Assembly: GCA_965231055.1 (NCBI GenBank) | Contig: OZ246411.1 | Coordinates: forward strand, 537,875-601,874 | Direction: 5' to 3' | Source of the DNA: an uncultured Candidatus Saccharibacteria bacterium | GTDB taxonomy: Bacteria; Patescibacteriota; CALEFQ01; G965231055 | Length of the DNA stretch: 64,000 bases | In this document: positions 9,085 to 17,459 of the stretch, piece after piece | How the letters are laid out: every line of letters starts with the position of its first letter | Numbering within the stretch: position 1 is the first letter of the stretch | Notes under the pieces: model-generated | Seen by the model: the letters and a program-made list of their open reading frames with translations, nothing else | The model's database searches: none | What the model was told of the DNA's origin: nothing | Position numbers and translations under genes: made by a program

Positions 9085-10468
9085 AATATTTTCGGGGGTA
9101 GAAATACTCCCGATTTTAAATCATTTTATGAAGTCGCAAAGAAGCTATGAAAAATTCATATTTGAATCTTTTGATTTTAACGAGGAAACTCGTGAAATTT
9201 GTTTAAAATATAGTTTTGACGAAACAGAAAAATTTGAAGAAAAGTTTATTTTGCCAGAAGGAAAATTGAACTTGGCAAATAAGGAAGTTTTGAATAGCGC
9301 ATTGTTTGCACTTCATTTGGCTTGTGGTGTGAGCTATTTCAAGGCATATGTTCCCCAGAACATCGAAGTCAGAAGTGGTGAGTTGAGCGAAGAACAATCC
9401 CAGTTTTGGAATAAGCTTTATGGCATAGGACTGGGACAGTTTTATTATGAAAATAAAATTGATTTCAGAAAACTTGTAAATTTCCCGTGTATAAAAAAAG
9501 AATTTACTCCAAAAGAAATCAGTCTTCCAAATAGAAGTCTGCTTTCAATTGGGGGAGGAAAAGATTCTTTAGTGTCTCTTAAGTTATTGGAAGACAATGG
9601 CTTTGATTTTGATAATTTTACTTTGGGTGAAAATGAGATTTTCAAGAGCATAGACAAAATTTCAAAGTATAAAAGGTTGGTAGTAAAAAGAATTATAGAT
9701 AAAAATTTAGTAGCTCTTAGTAAGAGCGGTAAGGTATACAATGGACATGTCCCAGTAAGTTCAATTATTGCTTTTATTGAAGTGATAGTTTGTATTCTCT
9801 ACGGATACAAAAATATTATCGTTTCAAACGAATCAAGTTCAAACGAAGGCAATGTTTCGTATTTAGGGATGAATATAAATCATCAGTATTCAAAGAGCTT
9901 TGAGTTTGAAAAAGATTTTGACTTTTATATTAAGAATTATATTTCAAAAGAAATAAATTATTTTAGTCTACTAAGGCCCCTGACTGAGCTCGCGATAACC
10001 AAAAATTTTGCGAGTATAGCCACAGAATACTTTTCTGTATTTAGTAGCTGTAATAACAATTTCAAAATTCAAAGAGACGGAACCAAATCGTTGTGGTGTT
10101 GTACTTGCCCCAAATGTGCTTTTGTTTTTCTCATGCTGTCAGCGTTCTTGCCAAAGACAAAACTAATTGAAATTTTTGGTGAAAATCTTTATGAAAAACA
10201 ATCGCTTTTACCTCTTTTCGAAGAGCTTTGGGGTACTAAAGGATCCAAGCCGTTTGAGTGTGTGGGAACTAGTAAAGAGGCATTGGCAGCAACACTGCTG
10301 GCAAGTAGAAGCAAGGAATACTCTCATTCATTTGTGATGGATTATTTTGAAAGTAAAATTGTTTCCACGATTGAAGATGCGGATAGATTAATTGAAAAAG
10401 AGATCGGTTCTCGCTCAGAACACAATATTCCCGAAGAATTTTACGGAAAAATAAAAGAAATTCAATAA
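9047..10468 (+). CDS. PP-loop (SGGxDS-like) ATP pyrophosphatase-family protein, function unknown; stop abuts the murD start
   Basis: LLSIGGGKDSLVS parallels the LLAISGGVDSSVS PP-loop of MnmA in this same window. C-terminal Cys cluster WCCTCPKCAF. Alternative start ATG at 9128 would avoid a 38-nt overlap with the upstream gene. Stop at 10468 is followed immediately by the murD ATG at 10469. Confidence 0.55.
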   Translation: MEKRGWEYQYQNKIFSGVEILPILNHFMKSQRSYEKFIFESFDFNEETREICLKYSFDETEKFEEKFILPEGKLNLANKEVLNSALFALHLACGVSYFKAYVPQNIEVRSGELSEEQSQFWNKLYGIGLGQFYYENKIDFRKLVNFPCIKKEFTPKEISLPNRSLLSIGGGKDSLVSLKLLEDNGFDFDNFTLGENEIFKSIDKISKYKRLVVKRIIDKNLVALSKSGKVYNGHVPVSSIIAFIEVIVCILYGYKNIIVSNESSSNEGNVSYLGMNINHQYSKSFEFEKDFDFYIKNYISKEINYFSLLRPLTELAITKNFASIATEYFSVFSSCNNNFKIQRDGTKSLWCCTCPKCAFVFLMLSAFLPKTKLIEIFGENLYEKQSLLPLFEELWGTKGSKPFECVGTSKEALAATLLASRSKEYSHSFVMDYFESKIVSTIEDADRLIEKEIGSRSEHNIPEEFYGKIKEIQ

Positions 10469-11797
10469 ATGAAGTTTAAAGAATTAGAAAATAAAAAAGT
10501 ATTAATACTCGGATTTGGAAAAGAGGGTAAAGAGACTCTTGCATTTTTGCGTGAGCTTTTTCCCGATAAAGTTTTTTATATAGCTGATGAGAATGAATCA
10601 GTTAAGTTGCCTGATTCAAATACCAAGCTAATTCTTGGGAAAGATTACTTAAATTCTCTGGATGAATATGATCTCATAATCAAATCTCCCGGAATAAAAT
10701 TTTTCCCGCAGATTTTAGCTGTGAATCAGAAAGTTACTTCGGCTACTCGTTTGTTTTTTCAAAATCTTGACGAATCAAATCGTGTTATCGGTGTCACTGG
10801 GTCCAAAGGTAAAAGCACTACAACCTCTTTGATTTATAATGTTCTTAGAGACGCAGGAATCAATACCGAAATAGTCGGTAATATAGGTAAACCATCTCTG
10901 TCTTTTGTAAATCTTAAGGATACTGTTTTTGTGTATGAGCTCTCAAGCTATCAGCTAGAAGATTTTTCTGAAAAAGTGGATGTGGCAATTTTTACTGCTT
11001 TTTTTCCCGATCATTTGGATTACCATGGCGGAATTGATGAATATTTTAAAGCCAAGTCTCATATAGTGAATAACCAAGATAAAAGTTGCTTTTTTGTTTA
11101 CAATTCAAAATATGAAAAAATAGCAAATCTTATAACCAATGCAGAGCGTCTAATTTGTGGAGACAGAAACTATTTTTGGCACGACGGGGAAAGTATTTAT
11201 TTGAAAGACGAGGTTATCGCTCGAACCGATTCACTGAAATTAATTGGTAATCATAATTTTGATAATATTCTATTGGTCTTGGCTGTTGCGGAAGTTTTCG
11301 ACATTGATGTGAAAAATTCAATAAAGTCTATTGCGAAATTCAGGGGATTACCACATAGGCTAGAATATGTAGGAAATTTTAACGGTATAGATTTTTACGA
11401 TGATGCTATCTCAACTACTCCTGAATCCACGATAGCGGCGATCAAGGTATTTCAAGACCGCATAGGATCAATTATTTTGGGAGGAAGGGATAGAGGATAT
11501 GACTTTTCTGGATTAGTGAAAGAACTTGTTTTTTACAAAATAAACTCAATCGTGCTTTTTCCTGAGAGCGGAGATAAAATCGAGTTAGAAATAAAAAAAC
11601 AAAAAGAGTATAATCCTAAAATTTTCAAAACATCTTCAATGGAAGATGCGGTAAAATTTTGTTACAATAACACTGAAAGTGGTAAGATGTGTCTGCTTTC
11701 AACAGCATCGCCTAGCTACAGTATTTTTAAGAATTTTGAAGAAAAAGGCGATTTGTTTAAAAAGTTTATAAAAGAATTAGCAAATGAAAAACAATAG
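10469..11797 (+). CDS. murD: UDP-N-acetylmuramoylalanine--D-glutamate ligase
   Basis: Mur ligase P-loop VIGVTGSKGKSTTTSL. Synteny murD-ftsW-murG-murC. Confidence 0.85.
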   Translation: MKFKELENKKVLILGFGKEGKETLAFLRELFPDKVFYIADENESVKLPDSNTKLILGKDYLNSLDEYDLIIKSPGIKFFPQILAVNQKVTSATRLFFQNLDESNRVIGVTGSKGKSTTTSLIYNVLRDAGINTEIVGNIGKPSLSFVNLKDTVFVYELSSYQLEDFSEKVDVAIFTAFFPDHLDYHGGIDEYFKAKSHIVNNQDKSCFFVYNSKYEKIANLITNAERLICGDRNYFWHDGESIYLKDEVIARTDSLKLIGNHNFDNILLVLAVAEVFDIDVKNSIKSIAKFRGLPHRLEYVGNFNGIDFYDDAISTTPESTIAAIKVFQDRIGSIILGGRDRGYDFSGLVKELVFYKINSIVLFPESGDKIELEIKKQKEYNPKIFKTSSMEDAVKFCYNNTESGKMCLLSTASPSYSIFKNFEEKGDLFKKFIKELANEKQ

Positions 11798-12974
11798 AGG
11801 AGAATTGGTAGATATGAGAAGGTCTAGTAAGTCAGACCTTGTTTTAACTTTTTCAGTGATTGCTTTGGTTGTGGTTGGACTGATCTCTATAGCGTCTGCG
11901 AGTTCAGTAAGGGGCTTTGAAAATTTTAATGACCCGTATTATTATTTCAAGCACCAGCTTTTTTATGGAGTAATAGTGGGAATTATCGCGATGTTTGTTG
12001 TTTCAAATATCAATTATCTTACTTTGAAAAAGCTTGGTAAGTGGTGTCTTTTTGGTTCTGTATTTTTATTGCTTTTGGTTTTTATTCCAGGAATAGGAAC
12101 TTCTTATGGAACAGGATCTCATAGCTGGATAAATATTGGTTTTTCTATTCAGCCTACCGAAATAGTAAAGCTTCTATTTATAATCTATCTTGCAGCTTGG
12201 CTAGAAAAAATGGGCAAAGACTTAGCTGATTTCAAAAAAGGCCTTTTGTCATTTGTATTTGCTTTGGGGATAGTCGCGGTGCTCATAATGTTGCAACCAG
12301 ATTTGGGTACTCTTATTGTTATAGCTTGTACTTCAATAGCAATGTTTTTCATGGGAGGCGCTCCTTCTAAATATATTGCTCTTATTCTTGGAGGAGCTGC
12401 TGCGTTTTTTGCTTTCTTGGTAAAAATCGCACCATATAGACTTGCTAGATTCACTGTGTTTCTTCACCCAGAGCTTGATCCTCAGGGAATAGGTTATCAG
12501 GTAAACCAAGCGTTACTAGCCGTGGGGTCTGGTGGAATATTTGGTTTGGGTCTAGGACATAGCAGGCAAAAATTCAACTATCTTCCAGAAGCCTCGGGAG
12601 ACTCTATATTTGCTATAATGTCAGAGGAGCTCGGGTTACTTAGAATAATTATTGTATTGGCGCTTTTTGCTATTTTCGCATGGAGAGGTTTTCGAATAGC
12701 TTCTAATACCAATGACAGATTTGGCAAGTTTTTAGCAATAGGTATAACTAGCTGGATAACCATCCAAGCTTTTATGAATATTGGCGCTATATTATCTCTT
12801 ATTCCGCTTACCGGAATCCCACTTCCTTTTATAAGTTATGGAGGAAGTTCAATAATTTTTTCACTCATAGGTGTCGGGATTCTTATGAATATTTCCAAGC
12901 AGAATAATGATCGATCGCGAAAGAATGTTACTAATTTCGGAGTAAGAAAAAAGCGTAGTAGGGTTATGGTCTAA
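11784..12974 (+). CDS. ftsW: SEDS-family peptidoglycan glycosyltransferase FtsW
   Basis: Polytopic membrane protein with FtsW/RodA-like conserved loops (PDLGT, SYGGSS). Sits between murD and murG. Confidence 0.85.
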   Translation: MKNNRGELVDMRRSSKSDLVLTFSVIALVVVGLISIASASSVRGFENFNDPYYYFKHQLFYGVIVGIIAMFVVSNINYLTLKKLGKWCLFGSVFLLLLVFIPGIGTSYGTGSHSWINIGFSIQPTEIVKLLFIIYLAAWLEKMGKDLADFKKGLLSFVFALGIVAVLIMLQPDLGTLIVIACTSIAMFFMGGAPSKYIALILGGAAAFFAFLVKIAPYRLARFTVFLHPELDPQGIGYQVNQALLAVGSGGIFGLGLGHSRQKFNYLPEASGDSIFAIMSEELGLLRIIIVLALFAIFAWRGFRIASNTNDRFGKFLAIGITSWITIQAFMNIGAILSLIPLTGIPLPFISYGGSSIIFSLIGVGILMNISKQNNDRSRKNVTNFGVRKKRSRVMV

Positions 12975-12983
12975 ACTAATACA

Positions 12984-14159
12984 ATGAGTAACAAAAATCT
13001 AAAATATAAAATACTTCTCGCCGGTGGAGGATCTATGGGGCACACAATACCCGCTATTTCTGTTGCTGAGGAGATAAGAAGAAAAGGCATCGATGCTGAG
13101 TTTCTTTTTGTAGGCTCAAATCCTAAAGTTGAAAAACAGTTTGTGACAAATTCCAAAATCGCTTATAAAAGCGTGTTGTCGGGAAAGCTCAGAAGATATT
13201 TTTCACTCAAAAACATTTTTGATTTTTTTAAATTTGTTATTGGAATAATAAAGGCGTTTTTTATTGTCAGTTCTTTTAAGCCAGATATCGTTTTTTGCAA
13301 GGGAGGATATGCGGCTCTTCCTGCAACTCTAGTTGCTGGATGGAAAAAAATACCTATAGTGGTTCATGAATCTGACTCTACGCCAGGGCTTGCAAATAAA
13401 ATTGTAGCTAAAAAAGCAGTCGCAGTTTGTGTGGCTTTTGAGAATATGGAAAAATTTTATCCGGGAATAAAAGTTGTTTTAACGGGTAATCCTATTAGGG
13501 AGCAAATAACGCGGGGAGATAAGAATAGAGCGATAAAGGAATTTGGATTGACGCAAGATAAGCCCGTGCTTTTTTTCACTGTTGCAAGTTCTTCGGCTGT
13601 TAATTTTTCCAATACCGTTATAGAATCTGCACCAAGACTTCTTTCCAAATTTCAAATTATCCAGCAGTGTGGTGCCATGAATTATAACTTAGTGCAAAAA
13701 AGAGTGAGAGATATTTTCGGCGAAAAAGACGTAGTGTGGGATTTAGTTGATACGCGTATAGATATAAAAGGAGATAGACATTATTGTATTCTCCCTACGA
13801 TGAGAGAGAGCATGGCTGATGCTTATGCCGTAGCTGATTTAGTGATTGCAAGGTCTTCGGCTTCAACTGCATTTGAATTGGCGCTACTTGGAAAGCCAGC
13901 TTTATTCATACCTCTGCCCGTGGGAGATAGCAGGGGAGATCAAGTTTTTAATGCAAAGTATTTTCAAGAAAGAGGCGCTGCTGAGGTTATTGAGAGCAGA
14001 GAACTTAGCGCTGAGACATTGGAAAACAAGATATTGGAAATATTTGAAAGTCCAGATAAGCTAAAGAATATGTCCGAAAATATAAAGAAATTAGCTCAAA
14101 CAAACGGAGCAAAAAATATAGCCGAAGTCATAATCTCAACATTACAAAAAAATGTTTAA
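12984..14159 (+). CDS. murG: UDP-GlcNAc:lipid I N-acetylglucosaminyltransferase
   Basis: ILLAGGGSMGHTIPAISVAEEI N-terminal MurG signature. GT28 C-terminal domain. Confidence 0.9.
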   Translation: MSNKNLKYKILLAGGGSMGHTIPAISVAEEIRRKGIDAEFLFVGSNPKVEKQFVTNSKIAYKSVLSGKLRRYFSLKNIFDFFKFVIGIIKAFFIVSSFKPDIVFCKGGYAALPATLVAGWKKIPIVVHESDSTPGLANKIVAKKAVAVCVAFENMEKFYPGIKVVLTGNPIREQITRGDKNRAIKEFGLTQDKPVLFFTVASSSAVNFSNTVIESAPRLLSKFQIIQQCGAMNYNLVQKRVRDIFGEKDVVWDLVDTRIDIKGDRHYCILPTMRESMADAYAVADLVIARSSASTAFELALLGKPALFIPLPVGDSRGDQVFNAKYFQERGAAEVIESRELSAETLENKILEIFESPDKLKNMSENIKKLAQTNGAKNIAEVIISTLQKNV

Positions 14160-15549
14160 CGATATAAAAAAAGTTCATATTGTCGGTATTGGTGGAATCG
14201 GTATATCAGCTCTTGCTCAGCTTTTACTGAAGAAGGGCGTTTTAGTTTCAGGATCTGATCTGAAAGAAAGACCAATACTTAAAAAACTTAAGGAACTTGG
14301 AGCGAGTGTTTGTGTGGGGGAGCATGATGCAAAGAATGTTGAAGAAAATACTGATATATTGGTATATGTTTCAGAGGCGAGAGAGGATAATCCAGAAATA
14401 ATTTTTGCCAAAAATAAAGGTATAAAATGTCTAAGCTATGCCGAGGCTTTGGGTTTGGTGATGAAAAATTACAAAAAAGTTATTACAATTTCGGGAACCA
14501 AGGGTAAAACCACTACCACTTCTATGATAGGCACTTCACTAGATTTTTCCAAACTAAATCCCACAGTTATCACTGGATCAATTGTTTTTGAGTGGGATAG
14601 TAATTTTTTGATGGGTAGCGATGATCTGATAGTGACCGAAGCATGTGAATGGAAAAGAAATTTTCTAAATTATGATCCTGATATAGCAGTGATAACAAAT
14701 ATTCAGAGTGAACATCTGGATTATTATAAAGACATAGAGGATATAAAAAATGCTTTCACTACACATTGCAGTAAAATAAAATCGGGAGGAATTTTGATTG
14801 CCTGTGGTGACGATGAAAATACACTCGAAGTCGCATCTAAATATACGGGAAGAAAAGTTTTTTACGGATTGGGTGAAAATAATCAGGTTAGAGCGATCAA
14901 TGTTAAAAAAGGCAACCTAAAGACACTTTTTGACGTAGAAATAGGAAGAGAGGATGCTAAAGATACAATTTCTGGATTTGAGATCGGTTTACCCGGAGAG
15001 CACAACATCCAAAATTCTCTTGCCTCCATTGCAGTTATGAATGAGCTTGGTGTGGATAAAAGTTTGATGCCCCAAGCTATATCAAATTACAAGGGAGTTA
15101 GTAGGAGGTTTGAAATAAAAGGTGAAAAAAACGGCATATTGGTTGTAGATGATTATGCTCATACGCCTATTTCGGTAAAAAAGATGATTGATGGTGCCAA
15201 GGAATTTTATGGTGATCGTAGAATAGTAGTTGTCTTTGAGCCTCATAGATATAGTAGAACTAGGCATGAATTTGGTGATTTCGTAAAAGCATTTGATAGC
15301 GCTGACAAGGTTATTTTGGCTGATATTTACAGATTAAAGCAGGATTCAGAAGAAGACGTTCTGGCAGTAAATAGTAAGATGCTCGCAGATGAGATCAAAA
15401 AAAGAGGTGTGGATATAGTTCATGTGCCATCTTTGTTGGATATACCTGATTACCTAGTCAAAATATCTAGAAAAGGTGATATAATTATAACAATGGGAGC
15501 AGGAGATGTTTACAGGGTTGGCGAAGAATTTATCAAAAATAATCACTAA
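14152..15549 (+). CDS. murC: UDP-N-acetylmuramate--L-alanine ligase
   Basis: VHIVGIGGIGISALAQLL Rossmann start, Mur ligase P-loop ISGTKGKTTTTSM, DIAVITNI. Confidence 0.9.
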   Translation: MFNDIKKVHIVGIGGIGISALAQLLLKKGVLVSGSDLKERPILKKLKELGASVCVGEHDAKNVEENTDILVYVSEAREDNPEIIFAKNKGIKCLSYAEALGLVMKNYKKVITISGTKGKTTTTSMIGTSLDFSKLNPTVITGSIVFEWDSNFLMGSDDLIVTEACEWKRNFLNYDPDIAVITNIQSEHLDYYKDIEDIKNAFTTHCSKIKSGGILIACGDDENTLEVASKYTGRKVFYGLGENNQVRAINVKKGNLKTLFDVEIGREDAKDTISGFEIGLPGEHNIQNSLASIAVMNELGVDKSLMPQAISNYKGVSRRFEIKGEKNGILVVDDYAHTPISVKKMIDGAKEFYGDRRIVVVFEPHRYSRTRHEFGDFVKAFDSADKVILADIYRLKQDSEEDVLAVNSKMLADEIKKRGVDIVHVPSLLDIPDYLVKISRKGDIIITMGAGDVYRVGEEFIKNNH

Positions 15550-15559
15550 TCTATATAAA

Positions 15560-16123
15560 ATGAAAATAGCAATCAAGACCACGAACACAGAGCTCACACC
15601 AGCACTACGTAGCTATGTTGAAGAGAAGATCGGCTCACTCAATCGCTTTCTTTTCAAGATCAAGAATGTAAGAGTGGAGTTGGGCGTAGATAAAAATCAT
15701 AATTCAGGAGATATATATAGTTCAAAGGTTATGGTTTTTGTTCCCAAAGATATAATCATTGCAGAAGAGAGAGCTAGCGATATGTACGCCTCTGTGGATC
15801 TAGTTATGCCCAAGCTAAAAAGGCAAATAGAAACCTATGTTGATAAAATGAGAGGTAGACGAAAGAGGCGAGATAAAGAAAATATATTTTCTCAGCTTGT
15901 GGATCTTTGGAAGCCAAATGATGTTTTGGAGGAGGAAGAGCCGATAAAAATTGTTAAACGAAAGAAATTTAGTATTTCTCAAAAGATAGCAGAAGCAGAG
16001 GCTATAAAGCAAATGAATCTTATAGGTCATGATTTTTACTTATTCAATAATTCCGATACGGATAGAATCAGTATTATTTATAGACGAAATGACGGTGATT
16101 ATGGAATTATAGAGGCCGAATAG
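15560..16123 (+). CDS. hpf: ribosome hibernation promoting factor (long form, RaiA/HPF)
   Basis: MKIAIKTTNTELTPALRSYVEEKI sigma-54 modulation protein fold, plus a C-terminal dimerisation domain. Start moved to 15560 (after the murC stop) from the ORF-track 15506. Confidence 0.85.
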   Translation: MKIAIKTTNTELTPALRSYVEEKIGSLNRFLFKIKNVRVELGVDKNHNSGDIYSSKVMVFVPKDIIIAEERASDMYASVDLVMPKLKRQIETYVDKMRGRRKRRDKENIFSQLVDLWKPNDVLEEEEPIKIVKRKKFSISQKIAEAEAIKQMNLIGHDFYLFNNSDTDRISIIYRRNDGDYGIIEAE

Positions 16124-16146
16124 TATTTAAAAAATAATTCAATTTT

Positions 16147-16920
16147 GTGTCAGAATACTACAATCCAAAAAGGACCAGGGGAGTTTTCTCCAAAGATTCA
16201 AAAAAACCATTTAAGGTAAGTAGGAGCGGGATAGATTTATTTTTGGAGTGTCCCAAGTGTTTTTATTTGGACAAGGTTTTGGGCATAAAGAGACCTCCGG
16301 GATTTCCTTTTTCTTTAAACTCAGCAGTTGATGCTTTGCTAAAAAAGGAATTTGATATGCATAGATCCAAACAAACCAAGCATCCACTTATGAAATCTTA
16401 TGGTGTTGATGCTGTTCCTTTTGAGCACGAAAAACTTGATACTTGGAGGGAAAATTTCAAGGGCGTGCAGTATGAGTATATAAAATACAATCTTCTAATA
16501 ACAGGTGCGATAGACGATGTGTGGGTAAATCCCAGGGGCGAGATTATTGTCGTTGACTACAAGGCTACTTCCAAGCAGGGAGAAGTGAGTTTGGATGCAG
16601 ATTGGCAGATAGGATATAAAAGACAAATGGAGGTCTATCAGTGGCTACTTCGCAAAAATGGATTCAAAGTTTCGGATACAGGATACTTTGTTTATTGTAA
16701 TGGGGATGCTGACAAGAAAGCATTTGATGCAAAACTAGAATTTGATATCAAGCTAATTCCCTACAAAGGCGACGATGGCTGGATTGATAAAGCTATAAAG
16801 GATTTGCATGATTGTTTAATTTCAAAAGAGATTCCCAAAAAAGGCAAAGATTGCGATTATTGTGCATATAGAGAAGTCGCAAATAAGGAAGAGCAAAAAG
16901 GCCCACAAAAATTATTTTAA
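16147..16920 (+). CDS. PD-(D/E)XK nuclease superfamily protein (Cas4/RecB-like) with 2+2 cysteine cluster
   Basis: GTG start. IDDVWVNP...IIVVDYKATSK carries the D...D-x-K nuclease motif. N-terminal CPKC and C-terminal CDYC cysteine pairs. Confidence 0.55.
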   Translation: MSEYYNPKRTRGVFSKDSKKPFKVSRSGIDLFLECPKCFYLDKVLGIKRPPGFPFSLNSAVDALLKKEFDMHRSKQTKHPLMKSYGVDAVPFEHEKLDTWRENFKGVQYEYIKYNLLITGAIDDVWVNPRGEIIVVDYKATSKQGEVSLDADWQIGYKRQMEVYQWLLRKNGFKVSDTGYFVYCNGDADKKAFDAKLEFDIKLIPYKGDDGWIDKAIKDLHDCLISKEIPKKGKDCDYCAYREVANKEEQKGPQKLF

Positions 16921-17040
16921 TTATTTATAAAAAGAAGTAGGGATCGAGGTTAGTAATCTATTGAGACAAATTAATTAGTATTTACAAAGTTTATATGATT
17001 TGCTAGTTTCTGATAAACCGTATCCATAAGGAGGTGTTGC

Positions 17041-17262
17041 ATGGTAGAGCAGATAGATTGTTCTGAAAGACTGCCCATTTCTCTTTTTTTCAGAAGCACA
17101 GATCTTCCCGTAAGATGGGGTGATGGAGCTTGCTATGTTGCGTTTGAAACCGTGGAAGAAGCTGGCCCAGGAAGTAAGCCACTTGAAGTGAGCTATCTCA
17201 TCGAAAAGCTCAAAGCAAGTATTACACGAATTTCTGGCGGGTCTTTTTCCGTCCAATTTTAA
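17041..17262 (+). CDS. small hypothetical protein (73 aa) in a GC-rich island
   Basis: Perfect SD AAGGAGGTG 6 nt upstream of the ATG. An intrinsic terminator lies 37 nt downstream on the same strand. No recognisable homology. Local GC is higher than in flanking DNA. Confidence 0.35.
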   Translation: MVEQIDCSERLPISLFFRSTDLPVRWGDGACYVAFETVEEAGPGSKPLEVSYLIEKLKASITRISGGSFSVQF

Positions 17263-17298
17263 GACCTTTCCAATCCACTCGCTCTTTTTTTCAAGGTG

Positions 17299-17320
17299 CC
17301 TCTTCGGGGGCCCCTTTTTC
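17299..17320 (+). terminator. rho-independent terminator (GCCUC-UUCG-GGGGC stem-loop followed by CCCUUUUU)
   Basis: GC stem closed by a UUCG tetraloop, then a U-tract on the + strand only. Confidence 0.6.
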
Positions 17321-17459
17321 ATTAGAAGAATTAGAACAAAGATACAAACGTTATTTTCTAATCCCTCTAATACTTTTAACTCAACTAATCCTTCTAATAG
17401 CAATTGTTTACATTTTGTCTTTTTTGTAATAAACTTAGCAAGCAATACTTAAAGTAATT

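Noticed and set aside
16975-17445. 156-aa minus-strand ORF spanning the GC-rich island and running up to the secA start
   Set aside because: It has no RBS or promoter signals. The only terminator-like hairpin in the region is oriented for the + strand, and the + strand small ORF has a perfect SD. The minus-strand product is low-complexity and Lys-rich. Most likely a spurious antisense ORF.
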